Of a stretch of 64,000 nt of DNA, positions 26,721 to 40,754 are shown piece after piece. The position numbers and the translations under genes were made by a program. The DNA is taken from assembly GCF_006345805.1 (NCBI RefSeq), contig NC_043006.1, forward strand, positions 39,184,001 to 39,248,000, in the 5' to 3' direction. Under the pieces are notes generated by a model, which saw nothing but the letters and a program-made list of their open reading frames with translations, made no database searches and was not told where the DNA came from. Position 1 is the stretch's first letter. The number at the start of each line of letters is the position of its first letter. The DNA is from Octopus sinensis. Lineage: Eukaryota.

Positions 26721-27082
26721 TTATCTATCTAGGCGGGTGGGTGAATGTAGCGAAGATGGTGCGTGCGAGTAACAAAACCACTTTGAGCATGATCCTGTAA
26801 ATCGAAAAGAAAGAGAAAAAGAGCACTTTGCTCTCATGTGTTTATTCCCTCCCTGTCTGAGGTTACCGTGGTCTTTTCTGTAGGTTTTTCTTTCCACGGA
26901 TAAACCTAATCTTGCTTTTTGCATTTTAAAAATTCTTCTGTCATACACGATCCCTTTTGATCGCCTTTCTTTCTTAATTTTTTTTCTCATTTTTTTCTCT
27001 TTTTGTTTTTCACTTTCGTAAAGAAAAGCTCCACATTTGTATGTGACCCCTCTGTGTTCAGCCCTGTGTGGCCAAAAAAGTA

Positions 27083-27165
<83 letters not shown>

Positions 27166-27222
27166 CATTCATCCATCCATCCATCCATCCATCCATCCAT
27201 CCATCCATCCATCCATCCATCC

Positions 27223-27251
<29 letters not shown>
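26181..27251. repeat. (ATCT)n microsatellite with recurring AACTAACTATTTATTTGTCTGT interruptions
   Basis: The same interruption also occurs upstream of the Tx1 element (~23534-23555). Confidence 0.92.
26731..27082 (+). mobile_element. Second, diverged Tx1 3' end (ORF2 C-terminus plus 3' UTR); partial duplicate at 26278-26349
   Basis: Encodes R(R/W)VGECSE on one frame, and RWVNVAKMVRASN-like text matching KRWVNVARMARMNDEATLSIVL*; UTR motifs GAGGTTACCGTGGTCTTTTC and GCCCTGTGTGGC are shared with the large copy. Confidence 0.8.
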
Positions 27252-27253
<2 letters not shown>

Positions 27254-28539
27254 AATCAAAGTTGTTATTCATTACCAGCCCATCTGTCATTCGGACTAAA
27301 TCCGATATATTTTGAATCAGGCGCTCAACAGAGGGACTTGCTAGGCATGAATCTCCTCCTTCCTCCTTTAACAATTGATGCTCCATTCAAAAATGTGTGT
27401 CAGCTGAGATGAACATTTAATGCTGATCCTATCCGGGTATAAAACCGCTGAACAACTTATGCAGCCACGATATAGCCTTGGGCTAAACATGAATGCTACC
27501 ATGTATGAACTCATTATTTGTTGTCCCAACTTAGATTAGCATAAAAACGTATACTTTTCCATCCATCATCACTCCATAGTGTCAATCCCTGCTGCTCCTC
27601 AGCAAGCTATTTAACTTGCCCTTGCAACAAAGATAGAAATTTCACACTCTTTTCTTCATAATATTGATAATATAGAACCGAATGAAAAAATTGATTTTTC
27701 TCTTAATAGTCATACTTCTAAATTTGTCGATCTTTTAGCTAATTGTGGCCTGCTTGTGAAACAAACACTAGCAACAATGTGTTATGTTCAGTCGTCAGAT
27801 AATTTTATCTGAATAAAGACGATTTTTACTATTTCATTATGGTAGTTTGAATTCCCGCATGTACAGAAATGTTTATTTTTATTGCCTGCACCTTGGCATA
27901 TTTCCACGCTAATGTGTTTTTAAGTGAGAACGATGGATACATTTCTGTCTTGTTGCGCATCATCAATAGCTTGCATGGTTCGACAAAATTCGTCATCACC
28001 GATATAAAGAAAACTGATTGAACGATCACTGGTGTCGCGAATAGTCGCCATTTTGAATAAACATAGGTTATTTGCAACGGAAGCAGTTGTTTATTTCATA
28101 TAAACTTGTAACCATTTCAAATATGCTCCAGATGCATTTGAACTCGTAAGAAAACAATTCACAGCATTGTGTCACGAAGAACAATTCGCACTGTAAACAA
28201 AAACAAAAAGAAAAAAACACAGTCTAAATACACGCAGTCGGTTGTTTATTCAGTTATCCTATATATCGGTGGCGATAAATTTTATGTAAGCATGTGGTCG
28301 GCTGTGAGTACGCGCTATTGACAACATGCAAGGTGACAGAAATACATCTGGTGTTCTCACTAGCCTTTACTAAGAAGAATTTCGTCTAACCCTGATATAT
28401 ATATTCGGTTTTTTAAACACAGTACGTCCGTAACAGAGATGTTATCTCCGAACGTTTACCACAGTAAATTTGGTTTACACAAATATTTACATTACGTTTG
28501 GTTCATAGAATGCTACTTTGATCTGTTGCATATAACGGA

Positions 28540-28556
28540 CACACACACATTATAAA

Positions 28557-28599
<43 letters not shown>

Positions 28600-28623
28600 G
28601 CAAATACATATATGTATAAATAT

Positions 28624-28662
<39 letters not shown>

Positions 28663-29396
28663 TACATATGAATGTACAAATTTATTTATAATACTTACAT
28701 GCACACATACACACACATTATAAATAATACATATATATATATATGTATATATAATTTGCAAATATATAAATGTGTATAAATATATACGTATGTGCATATA
28801 TATACACACATATATTCATATGTGTGTGCATATATATATATATATGTATGTATGTGCGTATTTATTTCTAAACACTTACATGCACACACATGCATACACA
28901 CATATATATATATGCACACATGCTCAAAATTTCTATAGAAATACATGTACGCATACACTCATATATCCACACATACACGCAGACAGGAAATACACACACA
29001 CATACATACGCATGCACACATTTGCATATATGAGTCTCCCAGAGTATTCCGGGGTTATAACCTAATAACATGATTTTTTAGAAAACGCTGTAAACCTAAG
29101 CATGTTCTAATCACATTGATTTACAATATATATGTTTTAATCATATTAATATGTCATAAATATTAAATACGCTTCTGGTAGAGAAGACGCAGGAGAGTAA
29201 TGCAGCTTGCCGTTTAATGGAGGTTTATTACGTAAGAAATTGCCAGATATGCCCCTGCCTTATTACCTCTTCACATACTTATGTGAATATATGTAAATAT
29301 TTATGTACGTGTGTGTGTGTGCGTGTGTGTATGTAAATATATAATGTTTATGCATATGCATATCTATCTTTCTAACTATCTGTCTGAATATCTATA

Positions 29397-29446
<50 letters not shown>

Positions 29447-29461
29447 CTATCTATCTATCTA

Positions 29462-29543
<82 letters not shown>

Positions 29544-29544
29544 G

Positions 29545-29601
<57 letters not shown>

Positions 29602-29797
29602 CTGTATCTCTCTCTCTCTCTCTCTCTCTCTGTCTATATAGATTATATATGTATGTATGTATATTATATATATATATATATATGTACATACTTACATTCA
29701 TATATGCATACATATATACACGAATACATTCATGCTTATAGATGTATAGTTTATAAATACATGTATGTAAAATGTATTTATGGGCCTATGCTCTATC

Positions 29798-29878
<81 letters not shown>

Positions 29879-29940
29879 AACATATATGTACATATGACAG
29901 TGTGTTTGTGAGTATATGAATATGCATATATATGTGTGTG
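28540..29940. repeat. (TA)n/(CA)n/(TATC)n/(TC)n microsatellite cluster
   Basis: Direct inspection. Confidence 0.9.
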
Positions 29941-30967
29941 TGTAATACTTATATTTAAGTGTATATATATTTTTTTATGCATATGAATGAATATATATCT
30001 ATATCTATATTATAATATAGCGAGGGGAAGACAGATCTATATATGTATGCGTGCACAAGTGTGCGTGTGTGGGTATGTGTGTGTTTACGCGTGTGTTTGT
30101 GTGTGAATATTCAAGAAGACTCTCTACGTTACCAACTGCTAGATTTCATCTCATGAATATAATATGAGCGTACGAAACAGAGAGAGACTTCTGTTGACCT
30201 TGTTGTCATGAGAAGGTATTTGCAGTTATAAATTGTTTGAAGAAAGGTTAACTATATTTTAACCGTACTAGTAAATGATGGCATACAATAATATCTGTAT
30301 AAATGTGTATATAGGAAGTTACGAACACTTGTGCGTTTATTTTTCGCTCTCACTCTCACAGACAGACATGTACGTACACTCTCACACACATATATATCTA
30401 TAATATAAATATTTTAATTGAAGTGTTGAGACAGCGAGTATGTGAAGAAATTGATGTTTTTATGCGTAGCTTGCTTTCCTTACACCATAAAACCTGTCAC
30501 CCTCCGGGAGGTTTTTTTTCTGGTCCCTAAATAATATTTACATATTTGACCCCTAGTTTATGCTGTGTTTCTGATATGTTACGTCAAATTTCACTTCGTC
30601 TAATAGTGCTCAATTACTCACTAAATAAATTTAGAATTGTAGCAAGTTATCAAAGCAACGCGAGAACTTTTGAAGTAGACAGGTATTATGTTGATTTAAT
30701 TTAGCCGCGTAATAGCCACCAGTTTATCACACACACACACACACACACATGTCAATCTACACATATGTGTATATATGCTAAGTGATTAAACATATCAATA
30801 CTGAAGACCGAGTGTAACTAGAATCATTTATTTGCACAGCAATCGTTTCGGCTTTATTCTGCCCTGTTCCAAGTGGACGAGGGGTGATGCAATGGCATCA
30901 GATGCAACACAGTGCAAAAGACCCTCATCAAATCACATAACACATATAGATCTATGTAATATGTATG

Positions 30968-31027
<60 letters not shown>

Positions 31028-31044
31028 TATATATATATATAATG

Positions 31045-31420
31045 TTGTTGTTGGCATCCTTTTGTATCGGGAAAGAATTGAGTTGTGCATAAACTAATCC
31101 AGTCTGGTTTTTACATGTCATGTCCTCTCCAGTTTTACCTGGGCTAGAAGTAAGAAAATCCTGGGTAGCCCAATCGTCAGGATTCCGCTCTCGACCTTGC
31201 TGACGTAGTCCAAAGGAGTGCAGAGCATTACGTTTGGCACTAGCTTGGTTGCCGGAAGAGTGTCGAGTCGAACACTAAACCACCTACGGGGTTCCGCTCC
31301 GGATTTCTTTGAAGGTTGTCTCTTTTCCGTAACCCTGGATAGGGGCCCATACCGGGTACTGTCAGCCCGAGCCAGCTGAGCCCGGGACTCGTGTCAGACA
31401 GGGTCGTCACTCCCTGAAAT
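31045..31420 (-). mobile_element. Probable non-LTR retroelement remnant (RTE-like UTR/tail)
   Basis: GC-richer island ending in (CAA)n on the minus strand next to (TA)n; family assignment is only a recollection. Confidence 0.3.
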
Positions 31421-31528
31421 AGTGAAGAAAATCGCTACCCACTACCTATATAAAGTGATGGCTTGTTGCCAACTTAATCTGCTGCTACTGTATAAGTCTC
31501 TCTGAGAGATTTAGAAATGCAATACTTC

Positions 31529-31571
<43 letters not shown>

Positions 31572-33546
31572 TGATCAACAAACAAATTGACTAACATTGG
31601 TTAATTATTTCAAAACACAAAGCTTTCTTACGGCCGATTCGGCAGCCAATTTCAGTCGGTGCTTGCAAAGAAGATTCCGAAAATAATATTCGTTATCTTT
31701 ATAGCACATTCGATCTAGTACATGGAGTTTCATCAGAGTGAATACAAATACATAAAATAAAAGAAGACAAGAGGGACGAGGAAAGAACAGGGCCTCGAGA
31801 TGAAGTCAGACGACTCAACATATTAGAATCATAACATTTTGCAGTGTGAAGCTTGAAGTCGATATGCAAAAGAGTGAACTATCAAATGAACTAGAGAAAT
31901 AGTTTATGGGTTATATCTTTATATAGGGGCATCAGGGTGTATAAATAGTAGTAAAATATAACTAGTGCTAAGTAAAAAAGAAATTGCCAAAATGTCTAGA
32001 AAAAGAATAGTACTTATGATTTCCTAAATAGTGTTAATAATATTTATCCAAAAACAAACCCGTAGCGTTCTTATAATGGTGTACTTACTGAAATATTCTA
32101 GAGACCAACCACTTGTTGTCCGAGATGGAATTGACCAAAGTCCAGCCATCTCTACAATTGGTTATATATATTTAAACCAGGGTTAGCTAAGACCGTAACA
32201 GGGATAGACGTAAATAATGAAGAAAATAAACCAGTAAATAAAAGATGTGGGGGGAGAAGACTATGTCATAAGTGACACGTGGCCGCTTATGCCCTTCTAC
32301 ACCATCTTAACATAACAAAATATAAAAACCATAAAAATAAGATAAATACTTGCAACCATACGGGTATAAACTTTTTTACAGTTAAGGGAAGATTACTGAT
32401 GGGGGAGGTAAACACTAGTGGAAATTACCTTCGAAATATAATGCTAAATCTGACATCTTAACTAGCCAGCATACTTCCAAGTGGTTATTATATTAGACGA
32501 GCAAGTAAAGGTCTACACGTTCCTTAGTGCTTTCCGCCTCTTAAATTTACGAGAGGGCAAAAGTACAGAAACTCCAAACAGTTAAACGATTACAAGTTAA
32601 ATCACTTGCTAATTACTAACATGATTACAAACTCCGGGTCCTACCACAGTTTAATAAATTTTACTTAATATATATGCTAATATAATTAATATTAGATTGT
32701 TCATATTACTAGACTTATCGTTATATTAACCCTTGCGTGTGCGTAGCCATACTGGGTCTGCCACAAAATTTCACTTCCATTAATGCACAATAAACCGAAG
32801 GATAATAATATCTTATGGTAAGTCATCTACTGCAGTGCCCAAATCCAGACCTATACAATCTGGAGAAGGGATCAGTCAATATTAAGTTATTAAATTTAAG
32901 GTATGTTCTACGAGGGTTTGTTCTTAAGTGGGTAGGACTAATTGGGTCCACTATAAGTGGAGGTAGACCAGTATGCTGGCTGAAAAATTAAGTTCAGATT
33001 GTAGCTAGTTCAAACAAGCTCACCCATGGTATAAAAGGCACAGAAAAATAAAATTAGTTGCCAGGGGGCTTAAACATTGGGATTAAGCCCCAATGCCCTC
33101 TGTATTCCAAATTAGGTTGATGATTGAAAGAGCTGGGAATTATTAAAGGGGGTTGAAAAGGTTATATGAAGGAGAAATGACTTAATAAATATATTATGAG
33201 GTTGGTTGTTATGGGTGGGGGATGGGATTTAAACGCGGATATGTTGGTGAAGCGATAGGGGTATCTCTATTGGAACACCCGTAAGGGACCCAGGTATGTA
33301 ATACTATTAAACTAGCTTTAACCTAGGAGTTTATATATGACCTCATTTAATATCGAGGGATACTGTTTCTGTGGTGAAGGAATCTTAGAGCTATTTTTTG
33401 GGATGGTGCAAGGGTTTCTAATGCTATTTATATTTAGCGAAGGTAAACCTCCCCTTGTGCAGACAGGCTCTGTTTCTCTTTTCCCTCAAGTTCAGTAATG
33501 GGTGTTGTACCGGTAGTATGTATATATACATATATATATATTATAT

Positions 33547-33593
<47 letters not shown>

Positions 33594-33596
<3 letters not shown>

Positions 33597-33925
33597 GAGG
33601 AGACCCCCTTCGGTCATTAATGACTATGGGATTGCACCTAGAAAGTTACCCTATGAGGCACAATTCCGAGCAAGGTTGTTTTTTTTATGGAAGACCAGCA
33701 GTCGCCCATGTATACCAGCCTTCTCTCTTCGCGCCACCGATGTCATCCAAGGGAAAGACAAATGACGATACAGCTTAGAAACTCATTTCTACAGCTGAAT
33801 GAACTGTAGCAACGTGAAATAAAGTGTCTTGCTCAAGAACACAACACGAAGCCCGGTCCGGGAATCGAACTCACAATCTCACGATCGTAAGCTCGACGCT
33901 CTAACCACTGAGCCATGCGCCTTCA
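33594..33925 (-). mobile_element. tRNA-derived SINE family D
   Basis: Head GAAGGCGCATGGCTCAGTGGTTAGAGCG...GAGTTCGATTCC with A and B boxes; the tail abuts (TA)n. Confidence 0.8.
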
Positions 33926-34757
33926 TATATATTGTCTAGTTTACAAAATTTTGGCTGATGGGGATATATAATCCAAGCGGGTACCAATATGCACTTCTAG
34001 CGATTGATAATGATGGTTAACATACGTGAATTCATGTACTTTCGGTTGGTTGGTTGGTTTAACTATTCTTCGTACCTTCTCACGCCTGGAAATCCAGTTG
34101 TCTCTAAAGAGACCGTATGCTTTTCGGTAGAGGAGAAATAATAATAAACCTGTTTCAGGAAATCAGAGAATAGAAAATATCCCATTTTTTTTTCAATGCA
34201 GTCATATAAGTTCTTCTATTTTCGCCTACCTAAGGTTTCCGATGCTATCACGGTGCATTATACGCATCTTTTAGTGCATTGTGATGCTGCAATCCATGGA
34301 GGGCTTCATCAGGGCATTTTGAACCGCTTTCTTGATTTCTTCGAAATGGAAAATAATTCTAACTGAAAACTTTTTTGTTTTGTTGTGTCCGGGGAGAGTC
34401 ATTTTCATTTTGTGCGGTAAGATTTCCACTTATTTCTTATTTTTATTTTCCTAAAATTTTCGTTGCGTCTTGCAACCTTGGTGGTATCATTCTAAAACAG
34501 CCCAAACAAATCTGGTCAAAGGGACGATTTAACTGCCATGCATGTAGGTCATACTACTATTCATTACTTATGGCTCTGCAGATCAATTTACTGTAATTAA
34601 TGTTTGTAGCGTTGCCGTCCCTAGTTCATTCGTTTACTACTATTTCTACTACTCCACGACCACCCCTATAATTTTTGTTTTTATTACTCTAATTTATTTT
34701 AAAAAGAAATTGGAGACTCTTCGCTGTCTTCCTTAAGCTGATTCATGATATATATAT

Positions 34758-34804
<47 letters not shown>

Positions 34805-35655
34805 AGTTAAACGTAGGTGTTATTCAAGTAAAGATTTGAATAATACATGCGTTTAACTCAATTTATTTATTTATATATGTTAATCAAAAACATTTCACTA
34901 AACCCTGGAATTTCTACCTTTATAAGTAAGCTGTTACATCCTTGATACTTATCTGAATTTTTGCTACCTTGGTAACTATTTTTTTTTCAGTGTTATTTTT
35001 ACACATTGAAAAAATACACATACATTTATATGTTGGCAAAGTACTTTACTTTAAAGTACTCTCACTGAATGAGAGATTTGTATAAAAACTTTCTTGTTTC
35101 TAAATCTCTCAACGGGAGACATTCAGTAACAGTATTTTTAAGTAAAGATTATTTGCCGGTTGGGACGAATGTTTCTGTTGTTTTGCCCCAGGAGCAGGAG
35201 ACGATGTTTCCTGGGGCTAAACAACAGTAACATTGGTCCCAGCCGGGACAACCACGTTATGTTGACAGATAATCTTTACTTTATATATATATAATGAGTT
35301 AGCTATCGGGAATATATCATAGATTTCATGTTATAGTCCTTTTCATGTACTGAAATAATCCCCTATGATGGCTATTAGTTCCTTTTGAAACATTCTGCTC
35401 AACAATTGAATATTGGCGTAAGTAAATTAAAACAACTTTCTTCTCCGGTTTCCTATTTCTTGCGACATTTAACTGCTTCGTGCCATAAACCAAAATCTCT
35501 GATAAAAACGTATGTTACGATTCTTAGGAATGATGTAACTTCAGACTCAGAAAAGAGCTAAGGTAAATTTCTTCCAAATCTCTTAATACCCGTATAATGG
35601 ATTATTTACTTTATTTACATATGACGAATATTTGTCTTCATCTTATTTGTTGTTA

Positions 35656-35699
35656 ACACAACGTTTCGGCTGATATATCCTCCAACCTTCATCAGGTGT
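35656..35699 (-). ncRNA. Minimal PLE-type hammerhead ribozyme candidate
   Basis: ACAC-CUGAUGA-A-GGUUG(loop)CAGCC-GAAA-CGU-U-GUGU; the palindromic ACGU would allow only a dimeric stem III. Confidence 0.65.
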
Positions 35700-35790
35700 C
35701 TTGAGAAAATTTCAAACCTGGGTTCTCATTCCTAAGATAGTTTTCGATGTTGTTGTTATTCTTCTTCTTCTTCTTCTTCTTCTTCTTCTT

Positions 35791-35896
<106 letters not shown>

Positions 35897-35951
35897 AATC
35901 AAACTCAGCATCTTAGGGTTAGTAGCACACGCTCTTAACCACTACTCCAAG

Positions 35952-35995
35952 ACGCCTGATGATGGCTGGAGAGTATATCAGCCGAAACGTTCTGT
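35952..35995 (+). ncRNA. Second HHR copy, stem I mutated
   Basis: ACGC-CTGATGA-T-GGCTG..CAGCC-GAAA-CGT-T-CTGT. Confidence 0.45.
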
Positions 35996-36129
35996 TAACA
36001 ACAAACAAGATGAGGACAAATATCATTCAAATGTAAATAATTTACATAATTCCTCATCTCTTAGATATAGAACTGTATAATGAATATACAAAAATTTACG
36101 ATGATGGTCATCGTGGTCATTACTGATTC

Positions 36130-36335
36130 GAGTCCCAGGAAACCGGTCACCCGGTTTCGAGATCATAACATTCGCGCTGAACGGTACGCCAGTCCGTCGC
36201 AAGGGGACTCACAAGTGAGTTGAGCTGGGACAACGTGAAATAAACGGTTTTGCTAAAGAACACATCGCACTGTGCGATCCGAGAATCGAAATTACTATAT
36301 TGCATGTGAAACCACTGACCACTAAGCCACGCGCC
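36130..36335 (-). mobile_element. Diverged tRNA-derived SINE (family D-like head)
   Basis: GGCGCGTGGCTTAGTGGT...TTCGATTCTCGG on the minus strand. Confidence 0.55.
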
Positions 36336-36354
36336 GATACGTTAAGATATATCA

Positions 36355-36565
36355 GTTTTGTTTTCACTTGTTCCAGCCATTTGACTGACTGCGGTCATGT
36401 TGGAGCATCGCTCTTAGTTGAACAAATCGATCCCAGGACTTATCCTTTGTAAGCTCAGTACTTATTCTGTCGGTCTCTTTTGCCGAACTGCTAAGTTACA
36501 GTTGCCAAGCGATGGTGGGGGGGATAAACTCAGACACACAAATACACACTGGTACTTACACTATC

Positions 36566-36608
<43 letters not shown>

Positions 36609-36780
36609 TATATACGATGGGCTTCTTTCAGTTTCCGTCTACCCAATCCACTCACAAGGCTTTTGGTCGGCCTGAGGCTATAGTAGAAACCACTTGCCCA
36701 TGGTGCCACGCAGTGGGACTGAACCCGGAAGCATGTGGTTGGTAAGCAAGCTTCTCACCACACACCCACTCCTGCGCCTG
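36355..36780 (-). mobile_element. SINE family A, near full length
   Basis: Tail, (TA)n and head all present. Confidence 0.85.
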
Positions 36781-37589
36781 TATATCAGGTTTTTTTATTT
36801 GCTATTTATTTTACTTTATTTTTATTTTATGTATTTAACTAATTTATCACATTCCTCATTCATCCTCTTCCCTACGGTTTCTCCTTTTGTCCTTCTCGTC
36901 TTTCTTCTCTCGAATGATATTCTCCATACAACGCTTTCAGTTACTGTTGCTTTTCATTTAATCTTCGCGTTCTGCTCATTCATTCTTAATCTTAATTCGC
37001 TTTCGTATCATTTTTTCCCTCCTTTTCCATTCATTCAATGTAAAGCTAATTTTCGCTTTCTATTTTTTTTTCTTTTATATTCTTAGTAATCACAAGTAAC
37101 TATTACTTTTGCATTTTCCACTTTTGTTTTAATTTTCGTTATTCCGTTTACTTTTCTTTGTATTGTAAATCAAATTAAATACCTGTAATCTTCCTGCTTT
37201 TCTTCTTATCTCTCTCCATCTCTTTATATTCCTCTTTTCTCTAATTCTCAAGTAGTTTGCTTAAATTCCTTAGCTATATCTTTTATTTTCCTTATAACGA
37301 GATATGTTATACCAAAACATAATCTTCCGTTTGTCTTCTCAGTTCTTTCTCTCTCTCTCCTAGATTTTTCGCCAAAATCCTAATCAGTGCTAAATTTGTT
37401 CCGTTATCCTTTGTATAAAAACCGTCCCCGTGGTTATCTTTTTCTTGTTTCTCTGCTTCTTTTTACCTTCCTTGCCGTGAGGTAAATTAAATTCATATCT
37501 TCATAGCGAAATAATATAAATATATGAATTCCCTTATCGATAGAAGTTGACAGAATTAACTTATTTACCGAAAATATTTCATGGTTTAC

Positions 37590-37958
37590 TTGTTTCTTTT
37601 ATCAGACTGGGTTACCGCCTTGAAGAATATTTAGTCAAATTAACAGAACCGAGTCCGTTGTTTTTTAAAGCCTGGTATTTAGTCTATTAGTCTATGGGTT
37701 TCTTTGGCCGAACTCCAAAGTCACAGAGACGTAAACACACTAACGCCGGTTGTCAAGCACACACACACACATACACACACACGCACATATATGATGGACT
37801 TCTTTCAGTTTCCATCTACCAAATCCACTTACAAGGCTTTGATCTGCCCGAAGTTATATAGTAGAAGGCATTTCCCTGAAGTGCCACGCTGTGGGACTGA
37901 ACCCTAAACCATGTGGTCGGGAAGCAAGCTTCTTGCCACACTGCTACACCTGCGCCTA
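37590..37958 (-). mobile_element. SINE family A, diverged
   Basis: Recognisable head and partial tail. Confidence 0.7.
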
Positions 37959-38084
37959 AAATATATAATTATTTTCGTTTGACGACACAGGTAAGTTGAA
38001 GAAATTCTCCTCTTTTAATGTCATGGTAATATGACTGACCAATCTTCGCCCAAATGTATCACTGCGGGTTTCTGAAGAAACCGA

Positions 38085-38250
38085 GCTGGCAGAATCGGAA
38101 GCGTGTCAGATTCTCTTCCGGCTCTTTACGTTCTGAGTTCAAATCCCACCGATGTCAACTTTGCCTCTCATCTCGTTAGTGTCGATAAAATTAAATACCA
38201 GTTAAATATCGGGGTCTATGTAATCGATTTGCACCCCTCTCCCTTTATCA
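38085..38250 (+). mobile_element. SINE family B, diverged
   Basis: GAGCTGGCAGAATCG...GAGTTCAAATCC...GTCGATAAAATTAAATACCAG. Confidence 0.7.
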
Positions 38251-38597
38251 CAGTTACTGGCCTTGAACTATGCGAGCGCCGTCAAAAATCGAACTCATGC
38301 CGCGTGACTTCACTTAAAGAAACGAATAACTTGTTGAGTGTCACCAGTAAAAAGGGCCAAAAGATAGAAAAGCAAACATCTATCTGGAGAGGGCACGTTA
38401 TACATTTCCATTAAACGGCGGTGTGTAGATGTAGTGAGTACGAACCGCAATAACAGAGCAGCAATAATTTTAGCATGGTGTAGAAGTTAGCACGAGAGCT
38501 GACCTTGATATACATCTGGAAGGGATATAGGGAAAAAGTTACACGCACATCTGGACATAAGACCACGATATGTGATAGACTATAAGTAGTGCTATTT

Positions 38598-39045
38598 TTT
38601 TCTAATCTAGGCACAAGGCCCGAAATTTTTAGGGAGTGGGGCAGTCGATTAGATCGATCCCAGTTCGCAACTGGTACTTATTCTATCGACCCCGAAAGGA
38701 TGAAAGGCAAAGTCGACCTCGATGGAATTTGAACTCAGAACGTAAAAACAGAAGACGAAATACTGGTAAGCATTTCGCCCGGCGTGCTAACGTTTCTGCC
38801 AGCTCACCGCCCTGTATGTTATATAATAATCTTTTTTTACTCTAGGCGCAAGGCCCGAAATTTTGAGGGACGAAGCCAGTCGATTAGATCGAACCCAGTA
38901 CGCAACTGGTACTTAATTTATCGACCTTGAAAGGATGAAAGGCAAAGTCGACCTCAGCGGAATTTGAACTCAGAGCGTAAAGACAGACGAAATACTGCTA
39001 AGCATTTCGGCCGGCGTGCTAACGTTTTTGCCAGCTGGTGCTAAC
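38598..39045 (-). mobile_element. Two tandem SINE family B monomers
   Basis: Copies at ~38598-38812 and ~38835-39045. Confidence 0.85.
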
Positions 39046-39574
39046 TGGTAAGGTAAAATGTAGCGAAGCCAACAAATGTTCTGAAATGTCAATCTATGAA
39101 CAACGAAAAGCGGATTCGCAAGCTGATGATTCTTAAAATTCTATCCAATGAATAAATAATGTTCTATTCGACAAGGAATAACCTCACCATGGATCTCTAT
39201 TCCATAAACGATATGGAAGTCATCAATAATGTAAAGATGACTCCAATGCATTTTTCTGAAGTCATAACATAGCTGAACTACAAATGTATAGTATAAAAGG
39301 AATTGTAAATATACATCCTGTAAGAAACATTCTAGCTCTGTCCAACACAAACATACACAAAACAAAGTAGAAATTGATTTAAAAAGAGATCTTCGAACAA
39401 AAGTGACACAAAAGTTTTTCTCGATAAAACTATGAAATAAGACGCAAATTTTTAAGCCAATAATTGCAAGCCGCGGTATTAAAAATTTGTCCTAGTGAAG
39501 AAAACCAGGATATAAATAAATATATATTTCCTAAAGGCAGAAAACACCATATCAGACAAAGTATAATGCTTTCT

Positions 39575-39785
39575 AATATAGACACAAGGCCCTAAATTTT
39601 GGTGGACGGGACTAGTCGAAGACACTGACCTCAGTACTCAACTGGCACTTAGTTTATCGACCCCAGCAAAATGAATAGCAAAGTCGATCTCGAAGGAATT
39701 TGAAATCCGAATGTAAAGAAAGAGGTACTGTCGCTAAGCATTTTGCCAGCGTGGTAACGAAATTGCCAGCTCGCCGTCTTATGAG
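39575..39785 (-). mobile_element. SINE family B, diverged
   Basis: Domain and head recognisable. Confidence 0.7.
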
Positions 39786-40754
39786 ACGAAAAATAATAAA
39801 TCCTAGTCTTGGGTATTCTGAAATTCCTTAGCGTTGAATTTCATAACGTTTCTTTTAGTCACAACACATCACGGGGACTTGAACTTATCACTATCGCAAT
39901 CGTCAGGTCGTGACCTGATGTTCGCAACGGCGTGAAGATCGACTCGCAAAATAAATATTTCATATACGCAACAATTTAAGAAACAGCATGTGTGGTTTAT
40001 TGAAACATTGTCTTATCTTGGGGTTAAATAGGTTTGTCTGGGATCTAAAATAAATAAGCTGGTGTCCATCTGTTCCATAAAAAATATTTAAACCCAATCC
40101 ATGTTATTAAATGTCTGTAAATAAGTGTGTGTATGTGTGAGTGCGTGTGTGTGCCTTTGTGTATGTGTATGTGTGTGTATCCGATCATGAATGTACAGTT
40201 GTTTGGTCAACTTCTCGAGGAGGCTCAACAGATAAGAGTGTAGGTGGTTGAGTATTCTGTAGACATGTATACCTTAATATGTTTTTCTGGACAGTGCGTG
40301 GTGAGGTTGGATTTTTGAATAATAGTAAAATACTTCCGTTGGGCTTCTGTACAATTTACATCGGAGTAATTTTACTTATAAAATATAGATCAAACGGAAG
40401 CAATGGAAAATGACAATTTTCCAAGATGCCACCCAGTAGAATCGACAAGCGAAACATAAAAGATAATGGATAAAAGAATACAATTTATTGAAAAATTCCT
40501 TTAGACTTGGTCTTAAAGTTTCTCCTTTCAACTTAATCAACCAACGATAGAAAATTTTTTTCTGATATAGTTTTGTAGAAAAATGTTCCACTAAGAGAGA
40601 TGAATTCTTACTCAGTGACCTATAGTTAACAATATTCTGAATAGAAAACGAATTTATTTTTTTAGAAAGAAAAATCTGATAAGTCAAAGAAAGGATAATG
40701 ACCAAATCGAGAGAGGCTTATGGTTTACATTAATATGTTGTAATATTGCTTTCA

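Noticed and set aside
31880-33500. Compositionally distinct 1.6-kb block, possibly an old LINE or NUMT
   Set aside because: No motif could be recognised in any frame.
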